64,000 nt of DNA from assembly GCA_013265495.1 (NCBI GenBank), contig MU058718.1, forward strand, positions 4,547,648-4,611,647, in the 5' to 3' direction. The notes under the pieces were generated by a model that ran no database searches, had not been told where the DNA came from, and worked only from the letters and a program-made list of their open reading frames with translations. Positions 12,546-24,986 of the stretch are shown here, piece after piece; position 1 is the first letter of the stretch, and each line of letters opens with the position of its first letter. Source of the stretch: Vicugna vicugna (lineage: Eukaryota). Position numbers and translations under genes: made by a program.

Positions 12546-12926
12546 AAACAGAGAGGCATCCTGATTAGAAAGAACAGCTCGCATGGAGGCTGTTAGAAAG
12601 GGCCGGGTCATCCACACTGCAGATATACTGAGGGACCTCTCTGCAGCAGGCCCAGTTCTCATCTCTGAGATGCAGTCCTAAACCAGACAGGCCAGGTCCC
12701 TGCCCTCACGGGTTACATCCTCATAGAAATTACAGGAGTCGGCAAAAGCTGTGTTCAACCAGCTCTCCCCCCACCTGGACCTGTACCCAAGCAGCCAAAA
12801 TTCACTGGACAGAAAGATAACATACAGCTTTGGCCACTTGCCTCTCTTTGATTCATGACTGCTTATCTCACAGGCGCCCGCAACACAGCCTGGCAACTGT
12901 ACTCTTTCACATTTTTGTTCTTCTAC

Positions 12927-13531
12927 TTGTGATTGTTTAGAAATATTTCTGCAGATCCTTTGACATTTCTCTCACTAAGAGAAAGAGGCCTTGTCCCTTC
13001 CCCCTGAATCTGGCTGGGGCTTTGTGACCACTTCCGTGACTAGAACACAGCGGAAGGATGTGGTGCGACTTCTGAAAGGGCCAGGAAAGGTCTGCTAGTT
13101 TCTCTTGGGACGCTGGGAACCTTCAGCTGCTTTGTGAAAAGTTCCTGAGGTGGAGAAACCACATGGATAGACTATATGTATATATAAATACATACATATA
13201 TATATAAAAATATTTGTATATATATGTGTATATGCATGTACATAAACACACACACACACGCACACACCCATTACACCATTGACGAGAAAGCTCTGAGGAG
13301 CCCAGCTGTTGCCTTCCCAGCCCAGGAGCCAGACTTGAGTGTGCACAAGTCCTCGCGAGGACCCCAGCTCGCCCCGCCTCCTCAATCAGACTGCAGCTTT
13401 AGGAGGGCCCCTGAGGAAGAACCGCCTAGCTGGCACACTCAGCGCCCAGATTCATGAACAGAATAGATGGTTGTTATCCTTAGACGTCACTGTTTTGGGT
13501 GATTTACTGTGTAGCAGTAGACGGCTGGAAC
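12927..13531 (+). mobile_element. MaLR LTR (MLT1G/H-like) containing a (TA)n(CA)n tract at ~13170-13268
   Basis: tcccttccccctgaatctggctgggg; 3' end ttttgggtgatttactgtgtagcagtagacggctggaaca. Confidence 0.75.
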
Positions 13532-14514
13532 ACCGTCCTCCAAGAGTGCTATGTCACACCTTTTCTTTTCTCGAAGCTCTCACACCGCTGTATCACTTTT
13601 CTCAGCTGCTAGTCCTTTGTCATAATTCACTGAGGCAACGGAAGCAAGCAGTAGGAAATTCTTTCCTCTCCGCCCTCCAAACCCACCTCCTACCAGCTTC
13701 TCTACCTACACTGTATCTACTCACCTGCCTGTTAGAGAGCGAGGGGGGGCGAAAGTCCCCATTCCTATCAAGGCAAGCTGTCCACTTGGGCAGGTCCTCA
13801 TCCTGGCTAGCCGGCTCCTGGCCTCAGCCTTGAGGGTTGAGGTGAAGGCGCAGGCGAGTGGAGGCTCCGATGGCTCGCCGAGAAGTCCAGTGGCGCTGGT
13901 CCTAGGGGGCGTGGTCACCATCGTGACTTCTGTGGCATCCCTTACGGTGGTGCTCTGGGCTGCCTTGCATCCGGCCCGTTTTTAAACTGGTTCCCCAGCC
14001 TTCCCATCATTTGCTTTGGAAGATGGTTTTGTTAGTTTCTTGTGTATCCTTGAGTTTCTCTGTGCAATACAAATGCTTTCAGATGCCTTCCGTTTCTGAG
14101 TAATGCAGCCAGAGTTTGTTTCTTTTTTTTTTTTTTTAATCAGGAACCCTGACTTGTAGAGGAATGATTACTTATTCTACAAAAGGATTTGGTATCAGAT
14201 TTCTCTTTTCCTCCCTTCATTTCCTTCCTTCTAATAAGACTTCTCTCAAAAATATTTCTTTTAATATAGAAAAGTATAAAGAAGAAAAACAGTTCACAAT
14301 TATCCTCCCTGATTATCTTTTGTGGGTAGTTTTCACTTCTGTCCTTTAATCAAATGATGAATACATAAACATGAGTAGAGACATGTGAACAGTGCCAGTA
14401 GGTATTCGTTGAAAAGGATGCCTTCTCGCTTAGTCCTTCTCTCTGAGGGGAAACCTCATTTATATCATCATATGCAGACATATCACATACTTTTAAATAA
14501 CACTATTTGTATGA

Positions 14515-14625
14515 GTCACTCACTTATTCATTCACTCATTTTTTTAGAGGCCTACATTTCTGTTCTACAGATAGAGGGGTGAACAAAATAGATAGAATTC
14601 CTACCTTCATGGAGTTTACATTTGT
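14515..14625 (-). mobile_element. L2 3' end
   Basis: tcattcactcatt...gtgaacaaaatagata...cctaccttcatggagtttacatt. Confidence 0.6.
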
Positions 14626-14774
14626 GGGGTGTGTGGTGGCTTTCACCAGGCCCTCAAAAGCATTCCTTTCCTTTGCCCAAATTCAGATCAAATCGAAATA
14701 TAAAAGAAGACATTGACATTTAAAGTCACTGAGCAAAGACCATTTAACCCTGCTGCTGCTAAAGGCTAAAGTGA

Positions 14775-14906
14775 AAGCGACAGGACAGCGTACAAGCCGC
14801 ACGGACCTCCTAAAGCTGACACCCGGAGCTGGGCAGCGTACCGGCCAGGCGCAGGCAGGGCTGGGCTGAAGCCGGCTTCCCTGTGTGGGAGGACTGTCTG
14901 GTGAGC
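14775..14906 (+). promoter_or_regulatory. CpG-enriched candidate non-coding first exon with donor CTG|gtgagc (GT at 14901)
   Basis: About a dozen CpGs in ~150 bp of otherwise CpG-poor, non-repeat DNA, ending in a consensus-like 5' splice site. Confidence 0.3.
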
Positions 14907-15244
14907 ATCGGAGAGGCTCGGAAGAGCGCTCCTGTGCCCTGTGGTATAAGGGAATTGCTGAGAAGAGTCTGTCCCGTTATTCTCCAAATTTACTCTACCT
15001 CCCTTAGAGCTGAGTGTATAGATGCTCAGAGGGAGGTCAGCAGCGTGACACTCAGGGGGCTCTCTCACGTGGAAGGAAACTTTAGGAGGGGGAACAAATG
15101 TTCTCTCCTCACAGGGAGGAACTCCAATCATAATCCAGTCTTCAAATGTAAAGGTAACATTTCCATGGTGACAAGCCTCATAAGTAGGCGTACCTGGTAA
15201 CTTCATTATTTATTGATGAACCTTACGGTCGCTCCCTTATTTTA

Positions 15245-15445
15245 TTCTTACAAAAATGCAGCCATGAACATCTTGGGACATCCATCTAGTAAAACATTTG
15301 CTAACTAGCTAGTGATCAGGAGTAAATTCCTGGGAGTAGAGCTGCTGGCTTAAAAGAAATGTGCATTCCAGATTTGATAGCTCTTGCCAAATTGCTCTCC
15401 AAGAGTGCTGCCCCAATCTACATTCTCATCATTGGCGTATGCAAG
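15245..15445 (-). mobile_element. Old L1 (L1ME-like) fragment
   Basis: aatgcagccatgaacatctt...aattcctgggagtagagctgctgg...ttgccaaattgctctccaagag. Confidence 0.65.
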
Positions 15446-15554
15446 TAATTACGGGCTAAAATGCTGGATGTACAAAGTCTGATTCAGAGAGAATGTTCAA
15501 TTTATACAAAATCATATAAAGTGATTGTACATAAGTTTACAGAATATTTGTTGG

Positions 15555-15745
15555 GCGTTTTACTTAATATGATCTTATTTAATCCTCATTCCTCTGAGGA
15601 GGGTATTTTAATTTCCATTTAAAAAATGACAATATGGAGGCTAAGCAAGATTAAACTGTCCAAGGCCACAGAGTCGTAAATGGTAGAGAGAGTTCAAATC
15701 CAGGCAGTCTGATTCCTGTGTTTGTGCCCATAACTTTGAACATCA
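15555..15745 (-). mobile_element. MIR
   Basis: atcttatttaatcctca...ccaaggccacagag...ttcaaatccaggcagtctgattcc. Confidence 0.7.
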
Positions 15746-16639
15746 CAGCACCACACAACACACCAGCTGTGTGACGCGGTGACTTTGCAAAGAAGAAAAG
15801 ATTATAATAAAATGGTGGTGTTGGAAAAAGATGAACTCTCTGACGAGAAGGTGCTGCTTTCATGCAAATGTTCCCAATGATAAGGAGGATGAAAAAAATC
15901 ACTGACAATGTGTGGTGTGTATAGGAAGAACTGCTAAATAAAATGTTTTCCAAAGATTTGCATGAAACATCAGCTGGGTCTGGATGCTCGCTGGTTGTTT
16001 AAAATGTTTATTTATGTTGAACAATGTTTATTTATTGAAAGTACCATCTATTTAAATCAAATTATCTCCATAACTGAATATTTATACAGATGCTTTATTG
16101 AATATTCCTCAACATTTGCCCAAACCACAAACGATTTATTCACAGTTATAAATGTTTACTTCTTTTGAGTAAAAAATTGCTTAAAAGGAACTTAAAAGCA
16201 AATTGACATTTCTGTAGTCTGTGAACATCTGCAGGGCTTTCTGAACACTAGCAGCTAGATAGTTCTGCTTTAGAAAATGGTTAGATAGTCTAATTATTTA
16301 TGTTCAATAAAATATTTAAAATTTACACAGCATCTCTTTTATTGTGTCATATAACAGCAGCAGCTCTTGGCTCTGGGACTGGCTGGTAATAGATGGATTT
16401 TGAGATTTTTTCAAACACCTCAGCTTTGCGCCAGCATTTAATTAGCTGAAACCCCATTTATTTCACCGTACACTCCAGCACCATGAACATGAGGCCTTAA
16501 ATAACCCTGGGCTGAACAGACGCCAGTAGGATCTGTGAAAAAAGCAATAAACAAAGTGATGTAGTGCCTCATGGTTTTATTCACTGTACTGAAGGTTTCA
16601 AGGGACTAGATTTAGAAACTTTACAGATAACCTGTAAAG

Positions 16640-17945
16640 GATCATCGACCCCCTGACTGATGGACGCAACCACGTGCTCACCTGACTTCAGTGAAGATGA
16701 GGACTTCAGGAGTCTGGAGGTCTAGGGGGGAAGCCCTGAAGTCCTCACCGGGGAGGTGGGGTACTGGGGGAAGGTGGGCACTGGATGATGACCTCGAGGC
16801 CCTCGTTGGCTCTCTCATCTGTGCTTCCATGATTCTGCTCGCTGCGTCTCGAGGCTGAGAGGGACTTTTGATGATTCCTCTCTTTCTGGGTGTGCCAGTG
16901 ACTCTGCGTTGTTGTCTTAAAGAGCACTATTTTGTTTTTGAATTGGGCAGGGCTCCCAGTTTTCCAGGATTACCCTCAACACCCTCTCTCCCCAAACACA
17001 TGCACCCATCCAGTGTCAAAGAAGTGCCCTGTCTTGGCCCCACTCTCGAAGTAGTGGACAAGCTGGGAAGACAGAGAACGAGCCAGTCTGGAGCAAGACG
17101 ACACACACACACACCCGCCGGGAGGGTGGCCTCGTTCTCGCTGTCCTAAGGGGCCCTCCCCTCCTCCCCGCTGCGTCCCGTGAGTCGCACAGTGGGTGGA
17201 AGGCGACTCTCACCCCAAGGTAAGGTCTGCCGAAGTGGGAAAATAAACCCGGAAGTAGGAAGAGGCTGACCTCAGCCCTGGAAATCTCGTTTCTCTTCTC
17301 CCTACCATTCTTTCCTCACAGGCCCCTCTGTCTTCTTCGACACTTCTTCAAGGTGCAAGGACATTATGGAAAAAAAAATGAGGGGAACAAACCAGAAGAA
17401 CGTGGAACAGATGCAGAGGGACAAGAAATAAATTAGGTGGCTTTGGTGTATCAGCTGGGATGCAGATGGGGTGGGCAGCTGAGGGTAGATGTGGTTGGGG
17501 CTGCCCCTCGCCCCCCACCCCCCACACTCCCTAGTGGTGGAAGGGGTAGAGATGCAACAAAGTGGGGAGAGGGGTGGGGGTTCTATCAGGTTTCCTTTCC
17601 CAATTGGCTTCTAAATCACTCCTTATGCGTCTCTCCTAGGGGGACAATGTGGGACGTTCAAGGGCAAACCAATCATCCTACATCCCTTCATGCTTTGGTG
17701 ACGGTGGAGGTGGCGGGAGTGAATGGAGGGAGGGACCTGCCCTTACTTTCTTCTGCTTGGCTTTTCTTGGCTCCTGCCTGCAGTCTATGATTGTTGTAAA
17801 CTCTAAGCTCCCCTCTGACCTGCCTGGCCGTGTCAGGTTGAGGCGGCTGATGGCAGAGATCGAGCTGACTCTGCTGTAGCTCACTCTGCTTGGGGTCCTG
17901 CTTTGCTCCCCTGTGACTCCCACTTCTGGGACTGACTAGGTGAAG
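16640..17945 (+). promoter_or_regulatory. Candidate promoter and cluster of 5' UTR exons of an unidentified + strand gene
   Basis: Repeat-free and CpG-enriched; E-box CACGTG 16671, ETS ccggaagt 17249-17256; donors CCC|gtgagt (17180), AAG|gtaagg (17220), TAG|gtgaag (17940); pyrimidine-rich acceptors ending 17321 and 17639. Confidence 0.5.
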
Positions 17946-19077
17946 GTCGGAGGACAGGTTGACTAGCTCTCTGAAGAGGAACTTGAACCAACATTTCCTT
18001 AGACATTTGTTTTTCTTAGTTATAAGGGAGCTGTTGACTGTCCAGAGAGAAATCGTTCGGACTGTGGTTTAAGGTTTAGGGATTTAGGTTAATTAGGAAA
18101 AGTCACTTATTGGATATATCTATATCTTCTTGATTTTGACTCGTTTTTCTTTGTTGTAGTTTAATTAAATGCTCATAAAAATTATAATATACAAAAGTGT
18201 GTCTAGTAAAAAGTAAAGCTTCCCCCTTCTCCATCACCTTCCATAGTTCAATATCTTGTTCTATAGTTTTTGGATCCTATTTTGCCCTATTAGCATATCA
18301 ATACCTTAAAAAATAATTTTGAGAAAATGATGGGGTCTAATCCACTACAACTTACCCAGAGAGTGTGGAACTCATGGTAGCTCAAGGATAACAAATGACA
18401 CTTGGGGCAGAATTAATATGTCATCACAAAGCTATCCTTTTGTAACCATTTTATGGCAATTAGAGACAAACTTAACTTGATTTTGTGCTAAGGCAGACTG
18501 ATATTTCTTTATATGCCCATTCTTATCAAAATTTCCATTTTTTAATTTGACTCAGTAAACATGGCAGCCCTTTGTATTGTTGTTGTGCTTTGTCTTTGGC
18601 ACTGACTCTCTGCCTTTATGAGCAACTGAATTTAAATCTTTTAACATGTGAGGCACCTTTTTCTGAGGAGCCCAGGATGGAAACTGTGTCATATCGAGCA
18701 CTGTTGTCAGGTTATTGTCTTTAGAGCATATAGAGTTGATAATTTTTTCCTGGTGCCAGGCTTGTAGGGTGGGCTGTCAAGCAGCAATAATGTAATGTTG
18801 TTTAAAATAAGTATTTCATCAGAGTAAAAGCATGTGAGAGAAACATCTTTTTCACTTTGTTGACAGGTGGAGCTGGCTTTCATTAAAAAAAAGTTTGAAA
18901 GCTCTTGATAGCGTGTGGTAAAGGGGTTAATCCACTGGAGCCGTTATCTTCCTGAGTCACTGAGAGGGAGGTGTGAGTGTGTCTGGGTGGGGTGGGAATT
19001 GCTGGAGGACGGGACAGAAGTTAAAATGAACATGTATGAGAAAATTTGGCATCTATTATACTTTTGGAAAAACAGGG

Positions 19078-19692
19078 CATATTACACTCCCATGGTTGCT
19101 GTAATAGACTGGGTGGTGTAAAACAACATACATTTAAGGAGGGAGGGTATAGCTCAGTGGTAGAGTATGTGCTTAGCATGCATGAGGTCCTGGGTTCAAT
19201 CCCCAGGACCTCCATTAAATAAATAAATAAACCCAATTTGCCGCCACCCCTCCACTCCCCAAACCAACCAACCAACTGACATTAAGTGTCTCATGGCTCT
19301 GGAGACTAGAAGACCAAAACCAAGGGGTCAGTAATGCCATGCTCCCTCTAAAGCCTGGAGGGGAGTCCTTCCTTGCCTCTTCCTTGCCAGCAATCTGTGG
19401 TGTCCCTCAGCTTGTAGACACGAGACTCCAGTCCTGTCTCCACGTATCATTCTCCCTGTGTCTCTCCCCGTTGTCTTCCCTGTGTGTGTGTCAGTCTCTG
19501 TGTCCAAGTCCCCCTTTTATAAAAACACCAGTCATATTGGATTAGAAGCCACCCATGATGACCTCATTTTGATCTGATTACCTCTGTCAAGATTCTATTT
19601 CCAAAACTGGTCCCACGTTGAGATACTTGGGGGTGAGGCCTTCAACGTATCTCATTTTGAAGGGGCGGGGGAATACAATTCAATTTACGACA
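19078..19692 (-). mobile_element. MaLR LTR (MLT1B/C-like) interrupted by a SINE
   Basis: ggttgctgtaatagactgggtggtgtaaaacaaca...tctcatggctctggagactagaag...ccagtcatattggattag. Confidence 0.75.
19138..19273 (+). mobile_element. Vic-1-type SINE
   Basis: Near-intact tRNA-Ala(AGC)-like head ending acctcca, then (AAAT)n, C-rich linker and (AACC)n tail. Confidence 0.92.
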
Positions 19693-20759
19693 AAAGGTTT
19701 TCCAAATCTAACCTGAGATAACCAGGAAAGAGTGTCTCGCACATATCCACTATTACCTGAATCTTGGAGCAGGGAAGCAAAATAGTGAACCTGATGCCAT
19801 TTATTGTAAGCACTGCTCCTATCCTGGATGTCATGTTCCTTTTTGCCTCCCATTAGGACTGTTGCCTGATCCTAGTCAAGTCCCATTTAAGCCTCTCCAT
19901 CCAATAGTCCTCCTAGGTTCTTGGTCCTTCCTTACTCCCTCCTTCCCACCAAGAGTGCTAGGTTTAAAAAAGTCATTTTTTCATGGCCACCTCCCCGCAC
20001 TTGGGTTGCACTAGTAGCATGGGGCTAAGTCCATCACGGTCACCCTGAGATGTTCAGTATCCATTCTCATAATGAGGTCTTGCCATCTCTGGGAAGTCGC
20101 TCTTAAGCAAGGTGGTTGGTCTCCACCTGCAATTGCTGATTTCCTCTCCCCTTCCTAGGGAAATGACCCTTTCCTTACCCACTGCCTTCTTTTCCAGTTC
20201 AGCAAAATGTTCAGCCTTTCCCTGCAATGATCTTTCAGAGCAGGGCTATTGGTTCATCAGGAGGCTCTGGAGTTTTCTTCGATCTAGGCCTGGACCCTGG
20301 GGCCACAAAAGGGCACAGTCACTTTTCCTGGAAGAAGGTCTTAGCCTTTAGAAATACTGCAGGCCATGGAAAAAAGGAAGAGAGATGCTTGCAGCCCAGT
20401 CTTAGAAAGGTTGCTTTATCCCGCAGAATGGGAAGAATGACTTTTTCTAAATGAAGCAAAGAGGAAGATAAACAAAGTTAAGTTTCATGTTAAAAACAGA
20501 TTGGATATTTGCATCCCGTGACAGGCAGATTCCCTGGGCCAGTCTCATCTGAGCACGCCCACACATAAACTTCATGGGCAATGTGGAGGGGTGAGGGGGT
20601 GTGGTCACGGTCATGGTCATGGGTGTCGTCTCAGTTCCTTCCCTTCTGCAGGTACAGAGTAGTTTCTCATTAAGAAGTGCACCCCTCCAAGCATAAAATA
20701 GCCTTCAGTTAAGTTTTCTGTTTTGAAAACTCCTGTTAGATAACGTGGCTAGGCGTTAC

Positions 20760-21182
20760 ACACAGCAACTCTAACAACTTACCACAAATCTGGTGGCTTA
20801 AAATATCAGAAATTTATCCTCTCAGTTCTGGAGGCCAGACGTCTGAATGTGGAATCACCTGGGGGAAGTCTAGGAACTGGCAGGGCCGCACTCCCTTCAG
20901 ACGCTCTCTCCCCCAGCGCCTGGGGCTGCCGGCATTCCTGGCTTGTGGCCGCATCACTCCAGTCTCTGCCTCTCATGGTCCCATTGCCCTCTCCTCTTCT
21001 GTCTGTGCCAAATCTTCCTCTGCCTTGCTCTTTCAGGGTACTCGTGATTGCATTTAGGGCTCACCTGGATAACTCAGGATAATCTCTGCATCTCAGATCC
21101 TGAACTTAATCACATCAGCAAGGTCTTTGTCATCTAAGATTAGGATCTGATAGATTTTGGGGTGATTATTCAGTCCAGCACA
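20760..21182 (-). mobile_element. MaLR LTR (MLT1B/C-like)
   Basis: taacaacttaccacaaatctggtggcttaaaa...cattcctggcttgtggccgcatcactccagtctctgcctc. Confidence 0.8.
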
Positions 21183-22804
21183 GGTACTATGTGTGACAAA
21201 CACACATCCATTACAGGCACCAGGGACCTCTCTGCACTGGGCTGCCTGCCGTTTGGATGGGACTCTGTCCCAGCTGGTGTCTCCTCTCTTGGTTATTACG
21301 AAGGCCCCAGCACTCTCCCTGGCCACTGGGGTAAGCTTGGTCTTCATATTGCCCGAGATCTCTGCGCACAGCTTTAGCGATAAGTGGCAGACCAAGGAAC
21401 CTGGGTTAATTGCCTCAGCACAGAGAGGTGCACTGAGGTGTGTGTGTGTCTGTATGCATGTGTGTTCACTGTGTTCCTGTTTAAGAGTAACGTATCCTCC
21501 CCTCTACTTTGGGACTTGGCTGTTACTCTGGACTCAGGGACAGCAGGGCACTGACTATTTGCAAAGAGGCTCACAGAAACCTCATCCTAACTGAACTCCT
21601 TCCTGCCTCTCAACCACGAAGAGAATCCTTCCTCAAGCTTCTGGTACCCCTGCAGCCTCCTACCTAGAAGCCACGGAGGGAGGGGCTGCTCAGGGTTCTT
21701 GCTCCAGCTCAGGAGAGTAACTGTGAGCTCAGGGCTGGGCTGCGGAGTCTTCCTTGAGGCTTGTTACAGCTTGCTGAAAGCCTCAGGGGATATGTTTTCC
21801 CCCATCTTGATCCCTGGGATTTGGCTATGCTCTTTGCTGTTGATAAAGTTTGGAGAAAATGGTGTAATTTAACAAAGGTTATTGGTTTTACTCTCCTGGT
21901 GCTTCTTTAATTAGACTGCTGGCACCTAGCAAGGCAAAGGTTTTGACATTTGGAATAAGAGTTAGATCCAAACTTTGTGTCACGAAGGACCCAAGAGGTA
22001 AATTTCCTGAGCCCAATTAGCACTTAAATTGGAATCCATCAGCCTGGCTCTTTGTATGCAAAATTTTCCCTTTTCTAAACGGGAACCACTGGCAAGGAAG
22101 GCTGTTGGTATATTAACACAATAATTAGTAATGAAATACGTCCCCCTTCTTGCCTCCTGTTAGTTCTTAATCCCTATTTACGTTCTTCTGAGCCAAGGGG
22201 TCATCTCCCCTCAGTTCTAGGAGGGCCACTCAATTTCTTGCCTTAGGCTATGTTTACAGTGCAGCTACTACCCTTTGATTCATTACACAGAGGGCAGATG
22301 TACTGTCTTCTGAGGGCGGTCCATCTCCCCTCAGGTGAACCCGTTTGTGTTAATTGCGGTCGTGGCCGTGCTGCACTCTGCTGCACTCTTGTCGGGGTTT
22401 CCATTTGGGAAGGTAACCAGTGAAGGTGCTGGACTCTGGTGTATGAAAAGCAGGCTGCGTTGCTGTGTAACACTGATGATTTACTTCTGACAAAAGGTAA
22501 CCGCCAATGTACAAAAGTGAATGGGGAGAATGATCTCTGTTTTAAGTTCGCCCCATAGTAGTTCTCAGATCATTGGCATCTACTACTGTGGGCAAACTGG
22601 AACACAGAAAATGGCTGACCAAGTTGCAGGTGAAGGCTGATTGGGAGACTCAGAGACTGCTGATCTGGCTTAAATTATTTTTCCTGCCAACCCAGGGGCT
22701 CGTAGTTGTCATGCTGCTAATTCACAGACACCTGCGGTAATATGACATGATCATTTTTTCCTGTCTATGCAAATGTTCCTAAGCTGTGTGATGGAATAAA
22801 TACT

Positions 22805-22874
22805 AAAAAAAAAAAAAAAGAAAAAGAAAAAGAAAAAGAAAAAGAAAAAGAAAAAGAAAAAGAAAAAGAAAAAG
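22805..22874. repeat. A-run plus (AAAAAG)n microsatellite
   Basis: Seen directly. Confidence 0.95.
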
Positions 22875-23384
22875 CTTTAGGTGACTCGAATAGAGCTGAA
22901 AGGCTTTACTCAGCTGAGCTACATCAGGGAGCACCTGCCGACCAGGGGGTTCCTCCCTCAAGCAGGGCGGGGGTAGGGGAGCGGAGGTCGGGCTGTGCGG
23001 TCTTGGCTTCAGCAGCGGTTTTCCGTGGTTTTCTGTGTTGATTGAAACTTGCAACTAGGGGTTGTTCTTGTTTCCATGCCCCCATTTGGGGTCCAGACAA
23101 CTGTTACAAGAGTACTTTCTGAGGACTGTGTTTGTAAGCCTTCTGTTTTCTTTATTGGCTAGTTGAAGTCAAGGCGGTGGGGGCAGGGGTCGCCAAAAAG
23201 AGAAATAGAGGCAAAGGTAGAAGAGAAGGCAAAAGCTGAGGACCCTTTATCGAGTTTGTCTTAGTCTTTTCTATGTTTTGCAAAGAGTACCCCGGCTTCT
23301 CGTTCTTTCCTATGTTAGCATTTTGAGAATTACTAGGAAAAATAATCGGCTTAAGTGAATTACATTTGTAGAAAGCTGTAAATA

Positions 23385-23682
23385 ACCTATACATATAAAT
23401 TATATATAAGTATATGTTATATTTAAAATGTAATTATATAACATAAATTATGTTATAAAAATATGTAGCATATAAAATATATAAATATATTAAAAATATA
23501 AATATATACAATATAAACATATACAAAATAAATATATAAAATTATAAATGTATTTCTTACATAAATATATAAACATAAATATGTAATATGTATTATAAAT
23601 ATATAAGTAAATGTATTACATAAAATGAGTATGTTATATAAATCCATATTATATAAAAATAAATTATACATGAATATATAAA
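23385..23682. repeat. AT-rich degenerate (TA)n low-complexity tract
   Basis: Seen directly. Confidence 0.9.
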
Positions 23683-23735
23683 ATTTGTGAAACTCAGCTG
23701 TTAGGATAGTAATATAGTAACCTTAGACATAAATA

Positions 23736-23951
23736 CAGTTTACTCTTAAATAACACCAGTCTGATCTGCGTGGATCTGCCTCTATGCGGATTTTTTCCAA
23801 TAGTAAATGCAGTACTACAGACCCATGGTTGGCTGAATCCCTGGGTAGAGAGGAACAGAGTACACGGAGGGCGGACCATAAGCTTTACATGGATTTTTTA
23901 CTGTTCAGAAGGTTAGTGCCTCCAACACCCTCTTTGTTCAAGGGTCAATCG
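23736..23951. mobile_element. TcMar-Tigger MITE (MER8/Tigger2-derived)
   Basis: ta|cagtttactcttaaataacacc...gcggattttttccaata...ttgttcaagggtcaatcg; degenerate TIRs. Confidence 0.75.
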
Positions 23952-24892
23952 CTCTCTCCTTACTTAAGAACAGAAGAAATAATTCCACCTAGCCCTGCGT
24001 GGGTGACAGGAAGCTTAATAATAATAGTTACCATTTAATGAACTCCCTGTTTTTGCCAGGCACGATACTTGTTTCTTAAAAATGACTTACATCTGCAAAG
24101 TAAAAAGCCCGATTTGAAAAAAAAGAATTCCACTACTCAGGAATTCGGAGTGCAGTGAACGGTTTCTCCTCAAGATGGCGCTCAAGGTGCTCACGGGCTT
24201 TGTTTTAATTTTCTGTGTTGAATAAAAATCTATAGACCTTTATAAATTATTTCACACCCTATGGAGTTATTTTCACGTAGTTCCAACAATTCTATCCGAT
24301 GTCTTACAGTTCCAAAAGTTTTGCCCTTCTGCGCTCACAGGGTGTTACTTGGTGGGTGGAGTGGGGTGGAAGTCGGGAGCACTGGGTCCCTTCTTACATT
24401 CCTAACGTTACGCATTTGTGAGAAATTACTTATCCAAGCAATTGTTGTCTAATTAAGAGATCTCCATGGGATCGATGGTACACATTTATTCTACTGCTGT
24501 TGCCTAATATATAAAAGGCATTCTTCTTAGTCTGCCTTTAGAACGAGTATTGTGAGTACACACATTTAAAAATTCATTCTCAGTGCTTTATGGACATTTT
24601 TGATGAAAAAGTAGTTTTTTAACACGCTTCATTGCCCACTTTTTTTTTTTTTTTACCGATCTTAGCTGTGAATTCTAGTTAGCTGTTCTCAGTTCTCAGA
24701 AACAAATTCTTTACTTAAAGGGGGAAAAAATCCCACTAGTTAGGATAGATAAAAGAATAAATGCTTCAAGCCTTGAAGGTAACTGTAAGAGTTCCCGAAA
24801 TGTTTTGTGGACCAGCATGTACTATTGTTGGAATAAACATACAGCCACCTAAGAGGGGTGCTTTGAAGACTTTGTGTTTGTTAAGAAAGCAC

Positions 24893-24986
24893 GGGGGCTG
24901 GGTATAGCTCAGTGGTACTGCACATGCTTAGCATGCAAGAGACCCTGGGTTCAATCCCCACTACCTCTGTTAAATAAAAAAATAAA
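24893..24986 (+). mobile_element. Vic-1-type SINE
   Basis: gggtatagctcagtggt...gcttagcatgc...ctgggttcaatcccca plus A-rich tail. Confidence 0.9.

Noticed and set aside
19141..19214. Functional tRNA-Ala(AGC) gene
   Set aside because: It is followed by a SINE tail and inserted in an MLT1; it is one of nine diverged copies, so a SINE head.
20602..20622. Nuclear-receptor element (three ggtca repeats)
   Set aside because: Short slippage-type repeat with non-consensus half-sites; no further support.
22740..22874. 3' end of a processed pseudogene (AATAAA at 22795 then poly-A)
   Set aside because: Only 4 nt separate the signal from the A-run, and no TSD or upstream ORF was found; better explained as a microsatellite.
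24171..24180. YY1 motif caagatggcg as a promoter
   Set aside because: Isolated motif without a CpG island or convincing exon structure.
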